64,000 nucleotides of DNA. It comes from an uncultured virus (IMG/VR IMGVR_UViG_3300037470_000488). Its lineage: Duplodnaviria > Heunggongvirae > Uroviricota > Caudoviricetes. Below the pieces are notes generated by a model. It was not told the DNA's origin. It did no database searches and was given only the letters and a program-made list of their open reading frames with translations. The stretch lies in the IMG/VR virus record IMGVR_UViG_3300037470_000488. One strand, written 5' to 3'. The position numbers and the translations under genes are program-made. Of this stretch, positions 55,380-64,000 are shown piece after piece. Position 1 is the stretch's first letter; the number at the start of each line of letters is the position of its first letter.

Positions 55380-55465
55380 CCGACCGGCCGCCGGGCCCGC
55401 CTCGCACGGGCCCGGTCAAAGGGAACCGCGCCAGCGCTTCCAACCCGAACCCAAGAGGACACCCC

Positions 55466-55633
55466 ATGTCGAACCCGACCGCCGCCAACGTGGCCGCCGC
55501 CGCAGCCCACCACGCCCGCCAAAACCCCACCACCAACAACATCGCCACCGCCAACGCCATCTGCATCGACGCCATCCGCGCCGGCGCCACCGGCACCGAA
55601 ATCCAGCAAGCCACCCACACCCACCGCAGCTAA
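55466..55633 (+). CDS. Small hypothetical protein
   Basis: GAGGA RBS. Confidence 0.45.
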   Translation: MSNPTAANVAAAAAHHARQNPTTNNIATANAICIDAIRAGATGTEIQQATHTHRS

Positions 55634-56007
55634 CCGACTACCCAATCCGAAAGGACCCGCCATGGGCCTGATCAACCCCGAGACCGACAGCCAAGTCGAG
55701 GTGGAGGACGACGGCGACTACACCGTCACCTTCTCCATGACCCTCCCCCCCGCGCCCGCCGACGACGAGAGCTGACCGGTAGCCCGCGTCTCGCACGCGG
55801 GCCCTGGAAATCCGGCCAGCCCCCCACCCGAGAGGAGACCCGCATGCACCGCCCCTTCCACAGCCCACTCGCCAGATGGGGCTTCACCGCCTGCGCCCTC
55901 CTCGCCGCAACCACCGGCCAACCCTGGCCAGCCCTCATCACCGGAGCACTCGCCGCCTACGCCTGGCGCACCCCCCAACGCCGACGCCGCCGCACCAGGA
56001 GCAACCC

Positions 56008-56931
56008 GTGAAGACCCCCGCCGCCGCCCTCAAGGACAAGCCACCCATCCTGTACGGCGCCGTCGCCCTCGCCGCCCTCTCCCTCGCCTGGTCCGTCTAC
56101 TCGATCACCGACCTCATGAACTCCGGCCCCTACGGACTGACCGTCGCCCTCGCCGGCGACATCGGCTGGATCACCGTTCTGTGGGCCGAGGCACATGGCG
56201 TCACGATCGCCGGACGAACCTGGCCGGCCACGGTCGCAGGCTGGCTGATCGCTGTCGGAGTCGGAGTTCTCCTCGCCGTACACGGTGCCGCCGCCGCCGA
56301 GCACGCCACGGCGCAGGCGATTGCCGGCCCGTTCGTCGTCGCCGTGGGCAAGCTGGTCTGGCTATTTGCACTCGCCTCGATGCGCGACCCAGCCGCCCTC
56401 ACGACCGAGCAGGAGGCCGAGATCCACTCGGTGATGCGGGACTCCGAGTACGAGGCCCGGCTATACGGCGCAGAGATCAAGCGGATCGAGCGAGCGGCAG
56501 ACACGGAGATCGCCCGGATCAACGCCGAGGCGCGCACCGTGCTCGCCCGCGATGACGTCAACTTCGAAGTCGGTCTCGCGCGGGTCCGTAAGCGCGACGA
56601 GATCGCCCGCCGTACCCCGCTCGCGATCACGGCCGGATCTTCCCCCGAGCCGCCGCCCGAAGTGATCGGCGAGCAGAACGAACAGCCCCCGAACAACCTG
56701 ATCATGCTCGCGAACAACCCGGGCGAACACTCCGCGAACAACCCGTTGAACAGGACGAACGTTGTTCCCGACCGGCCGACCATCGCCGATCTCGTTCGCG
56801 AGCAGATCGCGAACACCGAGAACAACACCGACGCGATCAACAACGTCATGGCCGCCCGCCCCGACGCCAACCGAGACAGCGTCGCCGCCGCCGTCCGCCG
56901 AGCCCGAAGGAAGGCAGGGCCGTACCTGTGA
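56008..56931 (+). CDS. SpdB-like spread protein
   Basis: AGGAG RBS; about 4 TM helices (DIGW motif), coiled coil, C-terminal SVAAAVRRARR; upstream of TraB-like gene. Confidence 0.65.
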   Translation: MKTPAAALKDKPPILYGAVALAALSLAWSVYSITDLMNSGPYGLTVALAGDIGWITVLWAEAHGVTIAGRTWPATVAGWLIAVGVGVLLAVHGAAAAEHATAQAIAGPFVVAVGKLVWLFALASMRDPAALTTEQEAEIHSVMRDSEYEARLYGAEIKRIERAADTEIARINAEARTVLARDDVNFEVGLARVRKRDEIARRTPLAITAGSSPEPPPEVIGEQNEQPPNNLIMLANNPGEHSANNPLNRTNVVPDRPTIADLVREQIANTENNTDAINNVMAARPDANRDSVAAAVRRARRKAGPYL

Positions 56932-57227
56932 CCAAGCCGACGCTCCTCCTCACCGCCACGGCCGGCCTGCTCGCCGCGATCGTGGCCGTCTCCTGGTTCC
57001 CCACCAGCCCCCTCCTTGCCGCCGTGGTCGGCTACACGGCCGTCGTCGGGACGCTCGCCCACGGCATCGGCGCACCCGTCCTACGCACGATCGGCGCCAC
57101 CATCGTCGTCCTCGCCGCCGCCGTCGCCCTGCTGCTCCGCGCCCTGCGCCACACCATCGACGTCGCCCTCTGGATCCTCACCGCAGGCACCGGAGCCGCC
57201 GTCCACACCGCCAAGGCCACCGCATGA
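56928..57227 (+). CDS. Small membrane protein
   Basis: Highly hydrophobic, coupled on both sides. Confidence 0.6.
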   Translation: MTKPTLLLTATAGLLAAIVAVSWFPTSPLLAAVVGYTAVVGTLAHGIGAPVLRTIGATIVVLAAAVALLLRALRHTIDVALWILTAGTGAAVHTAKATA

Positions 57228-59161
57228 ACCAGACCCCGGTGTACACGCCGATCCCGATGACGATGACGACCGACGGCGCAACAAAGACCTACAAAATTCC
57301 AGGTCAAGGCGTTGCGAAGCCGTCGTCGTCATCGTCGTCGTCATCTGTCTGGCAGCAGTGCACCCTGTGCGCGGGCCGCCTCGGGCAGTGGATGTCGCGC
57401 CGCCGCTACGAACTCGCTCCCGCAGGAGCGACCAGCGCCCTCACCGTCCTCGGCCTCGCCCAAGACGGCATAGGGCCCGCCCTCACCTACGGTCTCCTGG
57501 CCGCAGGCTCCGGGGGCGCCGCCTTCCTCGGCCTCAAGCACAAGAACCAGGCCGTCACACACATCGGCGCCGGAGGATTCATCGCCCTGGCCGACATCAC
57601 CACCGCAGTCGCGGCTGGCTTCACGTGGCCGACCGCGACCGCGTGGGTCCTCTCCACTGGCGCCGCATATGGGGTGTACGCGCCGTGGCTGACGACGCAG
57701 CGCAACGCCCGCCTCAAGCTGCACGTCGACACCGTCAAAGCAAAGGGCGCCATCCCGGAAGCCCTCGGCCTGGAGGCAGCCGACCCCGGACTCACCGGCG
57801 CCAGCCCGGAAGAGACCGCGCTACGCCGCGGCTTCCACGCCCTCACCGGTGCGGTCCCGTTCGCAGTGACCGCCTTCCACCGGATGGCCGATGGCTCGTG
57901 GTCATGCATCCTCAAAACGCCACCCGGACGGAACAACGCCCCTACCGCCCTGGTGAAGCGGGCCGCACAGTTGCAGGCCAACATGGGCGTGCCCGGACGG
58001 CTCACCCTCGCCGAAGGACCGGAAGCCAACGACCTGATCGTCAAGGTCGCCATGGCGGACACCCTCGCCGCAACGCTGGAAGTCACCGACACCGGCGTCA
58101 CCACCTGCCGTAAGCCCGTCCTCCTCGGCCGCGACGAGGACGGCGCCGAATTCCTCCTCACGCTCCTGTACCGGCACACCCTCGTGGCCGGCGCCTCCGA
58201 CTGGGGAAAGTCCGGCATCGTCAACCTCATCCTCAAGCGCCTCAACAGGTGCGACGACGTCGACCTGTACGGCATCGACATGAAACCCGGCGCCCCCGAA
58301 CTCGGGCCGTGGCGCGACCGGATGAAGGCCCTCGCCACCAACGCCGAACAGTCGCGCGGACTGCTGGAATGGATTCGCGCCGAATGCGAACGCCGCGGCG
58401 CGATCCTCGCCGAACTGTCCCGCAAGGCCATGGCCGAAGGCCGCGGACCGGTCCGCAAGTGGGTGCCGGGGGAGCACGGCACCGCCATCTTCGTGGTCAC
58501 CGACGAGCTTGCCGAACTCGTCCGGCAGGACAATGACTTGGCCACCCTGTACGAGTCGCTGCTCGCGATCGCCCGCTTCCTCGCCATCCAGTTCGTGTCC
58601 GCCACGCAGCAGCCCTCCCGGAAAGTGTTCGGCGGATCCACGGACGCCCGCGGCAACTACGCCAACCGCCTCTCCACCCGCGCCGGCGAGGCCGGGCACG
58701 CCCCATTCATCTTCGGCTCCGGCTGCCAGTCCAAGGGCTGGCGGCCCGAAACCCTCGACCTGCCCGGCAAGTTCCTCGCACAGACCCCGGAGCACGACAG
58801 CCCGCGCGTGTACCGGGCCGAGTACGTGTCCGACACCGACATCGCCGCCGAGGTCGGCTTCTTCTACTCCGACGTACGCGACACCGAACCCCAGCCCGCC
58901 ATCACCGACGAGCCGTGGGTACAGGCGTTCGCACCGCTCTCCTTCCCCGACGGCAGCCAGGTCGGCAAGGACCAATGGCCCGACCTGTACCGGCTGTTCA
59001 CCGCCCTGGACGGCGGCGCCACAAAAAAGGAACTGGCCCAGACTGCGCGCGTATCCCGGGACACGGCGATGCGCGCGATCGAAGAGTGGACCCGGCACGG
59101 GGTGTACGAGCGCCGCGACGGCCGCGCCATCCGCTACTACCTGCCGACGGAGGAGTCGTGA
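57224..59161 (+). CDS. traB: TraB-like FtsK/SpoIIIE DNA translocase
   Basis: N-terminal TMs, HTLVAGASDWGKS, GIDMKPG, FVVTDE, ATQQP, C-terminal wHTH (TKKELAQTARVSRDTA). Confidence 0.8.
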   Translation: MNQTPVYTPIPMTMTTDGATKTYKIPGQGVAKPSSSSSSSSVWQQCTLCAGRLGQWMSRRRYELAPAGATSALTVLGLAQDGIGPALTYGLLAAGSGGAAFLGLKHKNQAVTHIGAGGFIALADITTAVAAGFTWPTATAWVLSTGAAYGVYAPWLTTQRNARLKLHVDTVKAKGAIPEALGLEAADPGLTGASPEETALRRGFHALTGAVPFAVTAFHRMADGSWSCILKTPPGRNNAPTALVKRAAQLQANMGVPGRLTLAEGPEANDLIVKVAMADTLAATLEVTDTGVTTCRKPVLLGRDEDGAEFLLTLLYRHTLVAGASDWGKSGIVNLILKRLNRCDDVDLYGIDMKPGAPELGPWRDRMKALATNAEQSRGLLEWIRAECERRGAILAELSRKAMAEGRGPVRKWVPGEHGTAIFVVTDELAELVRQDNDLATLYESLLAIARFLAIQFVSATQQPSRKVFGGSTDARGNYANRLSTRAGEAGHAPFIFGSGCQSKGWRPETLDLPGKFLAQTPEHDSPRVYRAEYVSDTDIAAEVGFFYSDVRDTEPQPAITDEPWVQAFAPLSFPDGSQVGKDQWPDLYRLFTALDGGATKKELAQTARVSRDTAMRAIEEWTRHGVYERRDGRAIRYYLPTEES

Positions 59162-59481
59162 ACCCCCACCTGCCCGCCGAGCAGCAGGTACAGATCGGCT
59201 ACGACATGGCCGGCCAGCCCATGTACGCGCCGCCGGTCCCGTACCAGTACCAGCCTGCGCAGTCGTACCCGCTGCCCCCGGTCAAGGCTCATCCTTGGGG
59301 TGCGTACGCGGGCCTCGGTTGCGTGGGCGTTCTTGCGCTCGGTTTTGTGGTGGTGTTGGTCGGGTTCGTGGTGTTCGGGTTCGCGATCCTGGCTGCGGTC
59401 CTTGCGTTGGCGGTGGTGGCGTTGACGATCTGCGTGCTGGTGCTGCGCGGCCTGTGGCGCGACTACCAGAGGACGAGTTGA
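59158..59481 (+). CDS. SpdD-like membrane protein
   Basis: Pro/Tyr-rich N-terminus followed by long hydrophobic hairpin. Confidence 0.6.
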   Translation: MNPHLPAEQQVQIGYDMAGQPMYAPPVPYQYQPAQSYPLPPVKAHPWGAYAGLGCVGVLALGFVVVLVGFVVFGFAILAAVLALAVVALTICVLVLRGLWRDYQRTS

Positions 59482-59522
59482 CAGTCCTGCCAGACTGGGG
59501 CGCCGGGACCGCCCGGCACAAC

Positions 59523-59557
59523 GAAGGCCACCAGACTCCCCCCGTCTGGTGGCCTTC
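59523..59557. terminator. Hairpin ending the tra module
   Basis: GAAGGCCACCAGAC-TCCCCCC-GTCTGGTGGCCTTC. Confidence 0.65.
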
Positions 59558-59573
59558 GCCCATTCCCGCCCGG

Positions 59574-59780
59574 CTACGCTCCGGGCCCCGCGCCGGGATT
59601 CGTGCGCTTGCTGTTCTGGGGCAGGAAGGCGGCGGCCACGCCGACGATCGTGCCTGGGATGACCGTGATGGCGATGAGCCACCACAGGGAGGGTTTTGGT
59701 CCTGCGAGTAGTGCGATGGCGAGGCAGGTGATGGTGGGGGTGATGGCGAGTAGGGCTATGAGGGTGCTGCGTTTACTCAC
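59574..59780 (-). CDS. Small membrane protein
   Basis: GAGGAG RBS, two TM segments. Confidence 0.5.
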   Translation of the reverse strand: MSKRSTLIALLAITPTITCLAIALLAGPKPSLWWLIAITVIPGTIVGVAAAFLPQNSKRTNPGAGPGA

Positions 59781-60262
59781 GTGGTCTCCTCGTCCAGGGT
59801 GATCGACACCTCCGGCCACGCCTTCCCATCCGACGGCATCAGCGTGGCCCTCCCCACGAGCCAGCCGCACATCACGATCTCGACATCGGATGGATCGGTG
59901 TCCAGCGGCAGATTGGCCATCTCCTGCTCGGTCACCTCGCGTCCCCGGTAGCGGTGCTTCGCTTCGCCGACGAGTCGGCCGAACGGAAGGGTGTAGGCAG
60001 CGTCGAGCATGCCGACGAGGCGCCCGGCTCGGATCTCGGCTGCGATCTCCTCGGCGTCTGGGTGTTCTTCGTCCAGGATCCCGGCGTAGCGGAGTAGATC
60101 GCCGTCGAGCCATACGCGGTCGATGCGGCCGATGCCGGGTTTGCCGGGGCGGTCGAGCGGGAGTGGCATGGGGCGAGTGAGTTCGGGATGTGGGTCGTCA
60201 AGTCGCCGGCCGTCTGCGGTGACGGTGTGGAGGACGGCGAGTACGCCGGTGAAGGTGGTCAT
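59777..60262 (-). CDS. Degenerate paralogue of the capsid maturation protease domain
   Basis: TADGR, PLPL, IGRIDRVWLDG, RATLM parallel the protease region of 6114-9035. Confidence 0.6.
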   Translation of the reverse strand: MTTFTGVLAVLHTVTADGRRLDDPHPELTRPMPLPLDRPGKPGIGRIDRVWLDGDLLRYAGILDEEHPDAEEIAAEIRAGRLVGMLDAAYTLPFGRLVGEAKHRYRGREVTEQEMANLPLDTDPSDVEIVMCGWLVGRATLMPSDGKAWPEVSITLDEETT

Positions 60263-60711
60263 GCGGTGGGCTCCTTGCTGGCCGTCGGGCGCTCCGGCGG
60301 TTCGGTCCCGCGCCAGTACTCGGCAGCTTCCTTCTGCATCTTGTCGATCCACGCAGCCGTCTGCTCCGGGTCGTCCTTGACGCTGACGGGGCCAGGGTCG
60401 GTGAACGGCTGGTTGATCGTCACGTCGGATGCCGACGGCTCGAACGTGGTGAGCAGCAGCTCACGCTCACGCTCACGGCGCAGCTTCTCCCGCTCCCAGT
60501 CGCTCAGACACACGCCCATGACACCGTCCAGCACCCGCCCTGCCGAGTCGTAGGGGATGTTCTCACGCTGCATCTCCGACTCCATGACGCCGAGCAGGGA
60601 TCGCAGCGTCTCCACCTGCGTGTGGAAGAACTGGTCGTGTTGGTGGGCGTGGCGTGCGCCGGGGCGCTGGTTGAGGTGGTGCTCGATGATCTGATCTGTG
60701 CGGTCGCTCAT
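60259..60711 (-). CDS. Hypothetical protein
   Basis: GAGGAG RBS, ATGA overlaps. Confidence 0.6.
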   Translation of the reverse strand: MSDRTDQIIEHHLNQRPGARHAHQHDQFFHTQVETLRSLLGVMESEMQRENIPYDSAGRVLDGVMGVCLSDWEREKLRRERERELLLTTFEPSASDVTINQPFTDPGPVSVKDDPEQTAAWIDKMQKEAAEYWRGTEPPERPTASKEPTA

Positions 60712-61001
60712 GCGGTCTGCTCCTCGCTGGGCACCGGGCGCTCCGGCTTGCGCAGTCGGTCGGCGCGGTCCTTGTAACGCGCGTCCGGCTCGATGCCAGC
60801 CTCCCGCGCCATCTTCCGCACATGCGCCGCAGTCCAGCCTGACGCCTTGGTGACATCGGTCGGCCGGTGCTCGCCATCCCTCAGCGCGGTGAGGACGAGT
60901 TCCTTCAGCGCGTCACCAGACTGCTTGAGGCGGTCGGCGTCTCGCTGGCGGCGTGCGCCGGCCGCTGCGATCTCGTCGAGCGTGGGTCCCTGGGTCGTCA
61001 T
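60708..61001 (-). CDS. Small HTH protein
   Basis: RPTDVTKASGWTAAHVRKMAREAGI. Confidence 0.65.
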   Translation of the reverse strand: MTTQGPTLDEIAAAGARRQRDADRLKQSGDALKELVLTALRDGEHRPTDVTKASGWTAAHVRKMAREAGIEPDARYKDRADRLRKPERPVPSEEQTA

Positions 61002-61110
61002 GAGAACAAGGTACCGCAACAGGGTTGCGATGCAATCCCCTCAGCGCTATGGTTTGAGTCAACGGCAGCGATACCGTCCATCGCTACCGATGATCCACAG
61101 GGGGACCACC

Positions 61111-61962
61111 GTGAACGCCGCCACCCGCACCCGCCGCAACACCCAGGGTCAGCAGTTCGCCCACGACATGCGCCACTTCCTCTCCATCGGCACCCGCACC
61201 CGCCGCGACCGCAAGGGCCTCGACCTCCACCGCGAAATCGCCGACTGGGTCCGCGTCGCCGCCATGGAACACGGCACCCTCGACCCCTCACAGGAGGAGT
61301 CCTTCCGCCCCGCCTACGACGTCGCATGCTCCTGGTTCAAGTGGATCAAGCTGGGGCGCGCCGACTACACCGTCTGCGAGTACATCAACAACCTCACCCC
61401 CTACCAGTTCTGCGCCTTCCTCGGCCAGATGATCGACGCCGGAATCACCAGCACCAGCCAAGCGGGCCAGTACTTCAGCGAAATGCGCACCACGCTCATC
61501 GGCGAGGCGCAGGGGGATGAGGCAGCGGGGCAGACTGAGGCGGTCGACACCAAGGCCGCCACCCCTACCGGTTCGATGCGTCGGGCACTCGCACGCACCC
61601 GCCGCAACACCCTCCGCACCGCCGCCCGCACCAGCCGCGCCCTCGGCTACCGCACCCTCTCCGGCCTCATCGCCGCAGCCGTCGAAGCCGGCCGCCTCAT
61701 TCGCACCGGGGACTTCCTCCAGCGCATCGGCGGTGGTGACCTCCCCGACGGACAGCAGTCCTGGTTCGGAAGGCACACGGCCAAGGCGTACCGCGCGGCC
61801 ACCGGCAGCGAGCCTCTCAAGGTGTGGGCGCGGCACCGCACCACCGGCCGTTTCATTCACGTCATGGTGTACGGCCCCATCGACGCCGCCCTGTACGCCG
61901 GCCTCCGCTCCTACAAGGCGACGCAGCACTTGCTCGCCGACATGTACGCGAGGTGCGCCTGA
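61111..61962 (+). CDS. Hypothetical two-module protein
   Basis: AGGGGG RBS, internal 19-bp direct repeat. Confidence 0.55.
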   Translation: MNAATRTRRNTQGQQFAHDMRHFLSIGTRTRRDRKGLDLHREIADWVRVAAMEHGTLDPSQEESFRPAYDVACSWFKWIKLGRADYTVCEYINNLTPYQFCAFLGQMIDAGITSTSQAGQYFSEMRTTLIGEAQGDEAAGQTEAVDTKAATPTGSMRRALARTRRNTLRTAARTSRALGYRTLSGLIAAAVEAGRLIRTGDFLQRIGGGDLPDGQQSWFGRHTAKAYRAATGSEPLKVWARHRTTGRFIHVMVYGPIDAALYAGLRSYKATQHLLADMYARCA

Positions 61963-62026
61963 GACCAACTCCACGACGCAGCAGACGAACCAGACCAGCA
62001 CCACCCGCACCGAGCGAGGGGCCCAC

Positions 62027-62422
62027 ATGCTCTCCACCACCGAACGTGCCGCCACCGCCGCCGACATCATCAAGCGGCTCACTGGCAGCACCTACCAGTC
62101 CACCGCCATCGACGCCCTCGGCTGGGGCATGGGCCCGGCCCAGCTCGGCATCGACCAGGCCGTCAAGGACGCCGAGTCCTTCGGGTACGTCATCGTCACC
62201 GAACTGCGCGGCAAGAAAATGGTCGAGCTCGCCCCGCTGTTCACCCTGGTCTACGAGACCAAGGACGGCATCAAGCGGCGCGAGCCCAGCCCGGCCCGCG
62301 CCGTGGAGACCGTCGGCCGCGTGGTGATGCGGATGGCAGATCGGGAGGCCGCTTGGAATATCCAGGTCTTCGACAAGGGTGGCGATGACGTCACCTTCGA
62401 CTTCGCCTGCTTCCGCGACTGA
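62027..62422 (+). CDS. Hypothetical protein
   Basis: GAGGGG RBS; DVTFDFACF C-terminus. Confidence 0.6.
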   Translation: MLSTTERAATAADIIKRLTGSTYQSTAIDALGWGMGPAQLGIDQAVKDAESFGYVIVTELRGKKMVELAPLFTLVYETKDGIKRREPSPARAVETVGRVVMRMADREAAWNIQVFDKGGDDVTFDFACFRD

Positions 62423-62546
62423 CCCGCCCGGCCCGGCCCTACAGGGTCGGGCCTCGCCACCGTCACCGTCCTGTACCCCGTCGACTGCCCCGCCCTCACC
62501 CGCATCCAGCTCCTCGCTGACGCCCTCGCCGCGTAAGGAACCCGCC

Positions 62547-62738
62547 ATGCAGATCGGCCCCCGCACCGTCATCTTCCACTCGCCCGACTCACACACCCTG
62601 TGGGACCGCAGCATCAACGGCATCACCTACCGCTTCATGGTGGTCTACGACGGCGAAGGGCAGCTCCAGGCTGCCGCCTGGCGCGTTGAGCGGTGGAACT
62701 CACTGACCGTGGCCCACCAGTGGGCCGCGACCGCCTGA
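62547..62738 (+). CDS. Hypothetical protein
   Basis: AAGGA RBS. Confidence 0.5.
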   Translation: MQIGPRTVIFHSPDSHTLWDRSINGITYRFMVVYDGEGQLQAAAWRVERWNSLTVAHQWAATA

Positions 62739-62835
62739 CCCCACCACGCCGAAGGCCCCGACCCCTCACGAGGTCGGCAGAGAAAACAGACCCGCCCACC
62801 CGAACACCCACCACACCACCGAAAGGCACAACCCC

Positions 62836-63231
62836 ATGACCAACGACCGCATCTCCATCGGCAACGCCGAAGACTTCACCCACACCCCCACCCGCGGCTG
62901 GTTCATCGGAAACTTCCTCGACCCCACCACCGCAGGCCCCCGCTCCACCGACAACATCGAAGTCAAATGGAGCATCCACCCCGTGGGCGACCACCGACCC
63001 GACATCGCACCCGGCGCCGACACCGTCACCCTCACCATCCTCATCTCCGGCGCGTTCGAACAAATCTTCCCCGACCAGCAGCCCGACAGCGTTCTCATGG
63101 AACGCCCCGGAGACTTCGCCCTCTACGGACCCGACGTCCCCCACACATGGCGGGCCCTCGCCGACAGCGTCATGCTCACCGTCCGCTGGAAGAGCCACAC
63201 TCCGGCCGGCGCCCGCCCGGAAAGCGGCTGA
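62836..63231 (+). CDS. Cupin-like protein
   Basis: RGWFIGNF, EVKW..HP.G, TLTILISG, GPDVPHTWRA. Confidence 0.65.
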   Translation: MTNDRISIGNAEDFTHTPTRGWFIGNFLDPTTAGPRSTDNIEVKWSIHPVGDHRPDIAPGADTVTLTILISGAFEQIFPDQQPDSVLMERPGDFALYGPDVPHTWRALADSVMLTVRWKSHTPAGARPESG

Positions 63232-63656
63232 CCGGGCGCCCCTTATCCTGCGCCCAACCCGAGGGAGGGCGTGGTGGCCGTAGGCGTCGACCCGTTCCAC
63301 GAGCAGGGCACCCATCACTGGATCATCGTCCTGGACGGTGTCGGCTGCCGCAGCGGCACCTGCTCCCCGGCGCCCGGTGAGACGCGGTACGACTGGTATC
63401 TGAAAATTCGGGCTCTGGTCCTGGACGAGGAAGGCATGTCTGACGGGCCGGTCCCGGTGACGCTCGACTTCGATATCCAGCTCAACAGCCTTGCGGCTGC
63501 CTGACATCTCTGAGGGGTCGTCTCCGGATCGCACCGGAGGCGACCCTTCACCCATTCCTCCCCAGGTCCGTAACAGGAACCCACCCGCCTCTTCACACCA
63601 CGCCCACATCCGATAACGTCCCCCATCCCACGACACACCACACCATGGGGGGATCC

Positions 63657-64000
63657 ATGAGCCAGCCCTACCCGCCCCAACAGCCCTACGGCTACAGCGC
63701 CCCGCCACCGCCGCCGAAGAAGACCAGCACCGGCAAAATCATCGGCATCGGATGCGGCGGCATCGTCGGCCTCATCATCGTGACCAGCATCATCGGAGCA
63801 CTCGTCAGCAGCGGCGACGACAGCAAGAGCGACACCGCCTCCACAGCCACGAGCAGCGCACCAGCCGACCAGAACACGGACCCCGCGCCAGACAAAACCA
63901 GCGAGGCCCCCGCCGCCGAGGAGCCCAAGGAAGACGCACCCGTCGCGATCACCGCGAAGAAGACGACGTTCGCGAAGAGCATCCTCGCCGACAGCAGCAA
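63657..64000 (+). CDS. Membrane-anchored exported protein, truncated by window end
   Basis: PPPPKK, TM (IIGIGCGGIVGLII), Ser/Thr/Ala linker. Confidence 0.6.
   Translation, partial: MSQPYPPQQPYGYSAPPPPPKKTSTGKIIGIGCGGIVGLIIVTSIIGALVSSGDDSKSDTASTATSSAPADQNTDPAPDKTSEAPAAEEPKEDAPVAITAKKTTFAKSILADSS

Noticed and set aside
60244..60261. Self-target of guide unit 3429 (AGGTGGTCA exact)
   Set aside because: The other half matches only 5/9; single 9-mer hits are expected in 64 kb
1..64000. tRNA/rRNA genes, DNA polymerase, reverse transcriptase/DGR, terminase small subunit
   Set aside because: None recognised by eye; terS probably lies beyond the window end

Overview
High-GC temperate siphovirus sequence of the Streptomyces/actinophage type, starting at the terminase large subunit. 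The genome probably continues past 64 kb, since no terS is visible. Layout: packaging/head/tail/lysis (1-25 kb); glycosyltransferase, WhiB and C5-epimerase-like accessory genes (25-31 kb); tyrosine integrase, an intact attP-like site matching the last codons of an hrdB/sigA-type gene, and a repressor/Cro switch (31.5-34 kb); recombination, WhiB, tandem-repeat and replication genes (34-54 kb); a plasmid/AICE-type TraB-Spd transfer module (54.6-59.5 kb); small accessory genes. The main finding is an antisense two-gene cassette between terminase and portal. It encodes a nuclease-less IS110/Nop-fold (TasA-like) protein whose own reading frame contains seven stem-loop TIGR-like units (stem-CCA-N9-CG-N4-CCA-N9-YG-stem): five in the N-terminal extension and two inserted in frame in the middle of the folded domain. 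All calls come from reading the sequence and recognising motifs; no database searches were run.
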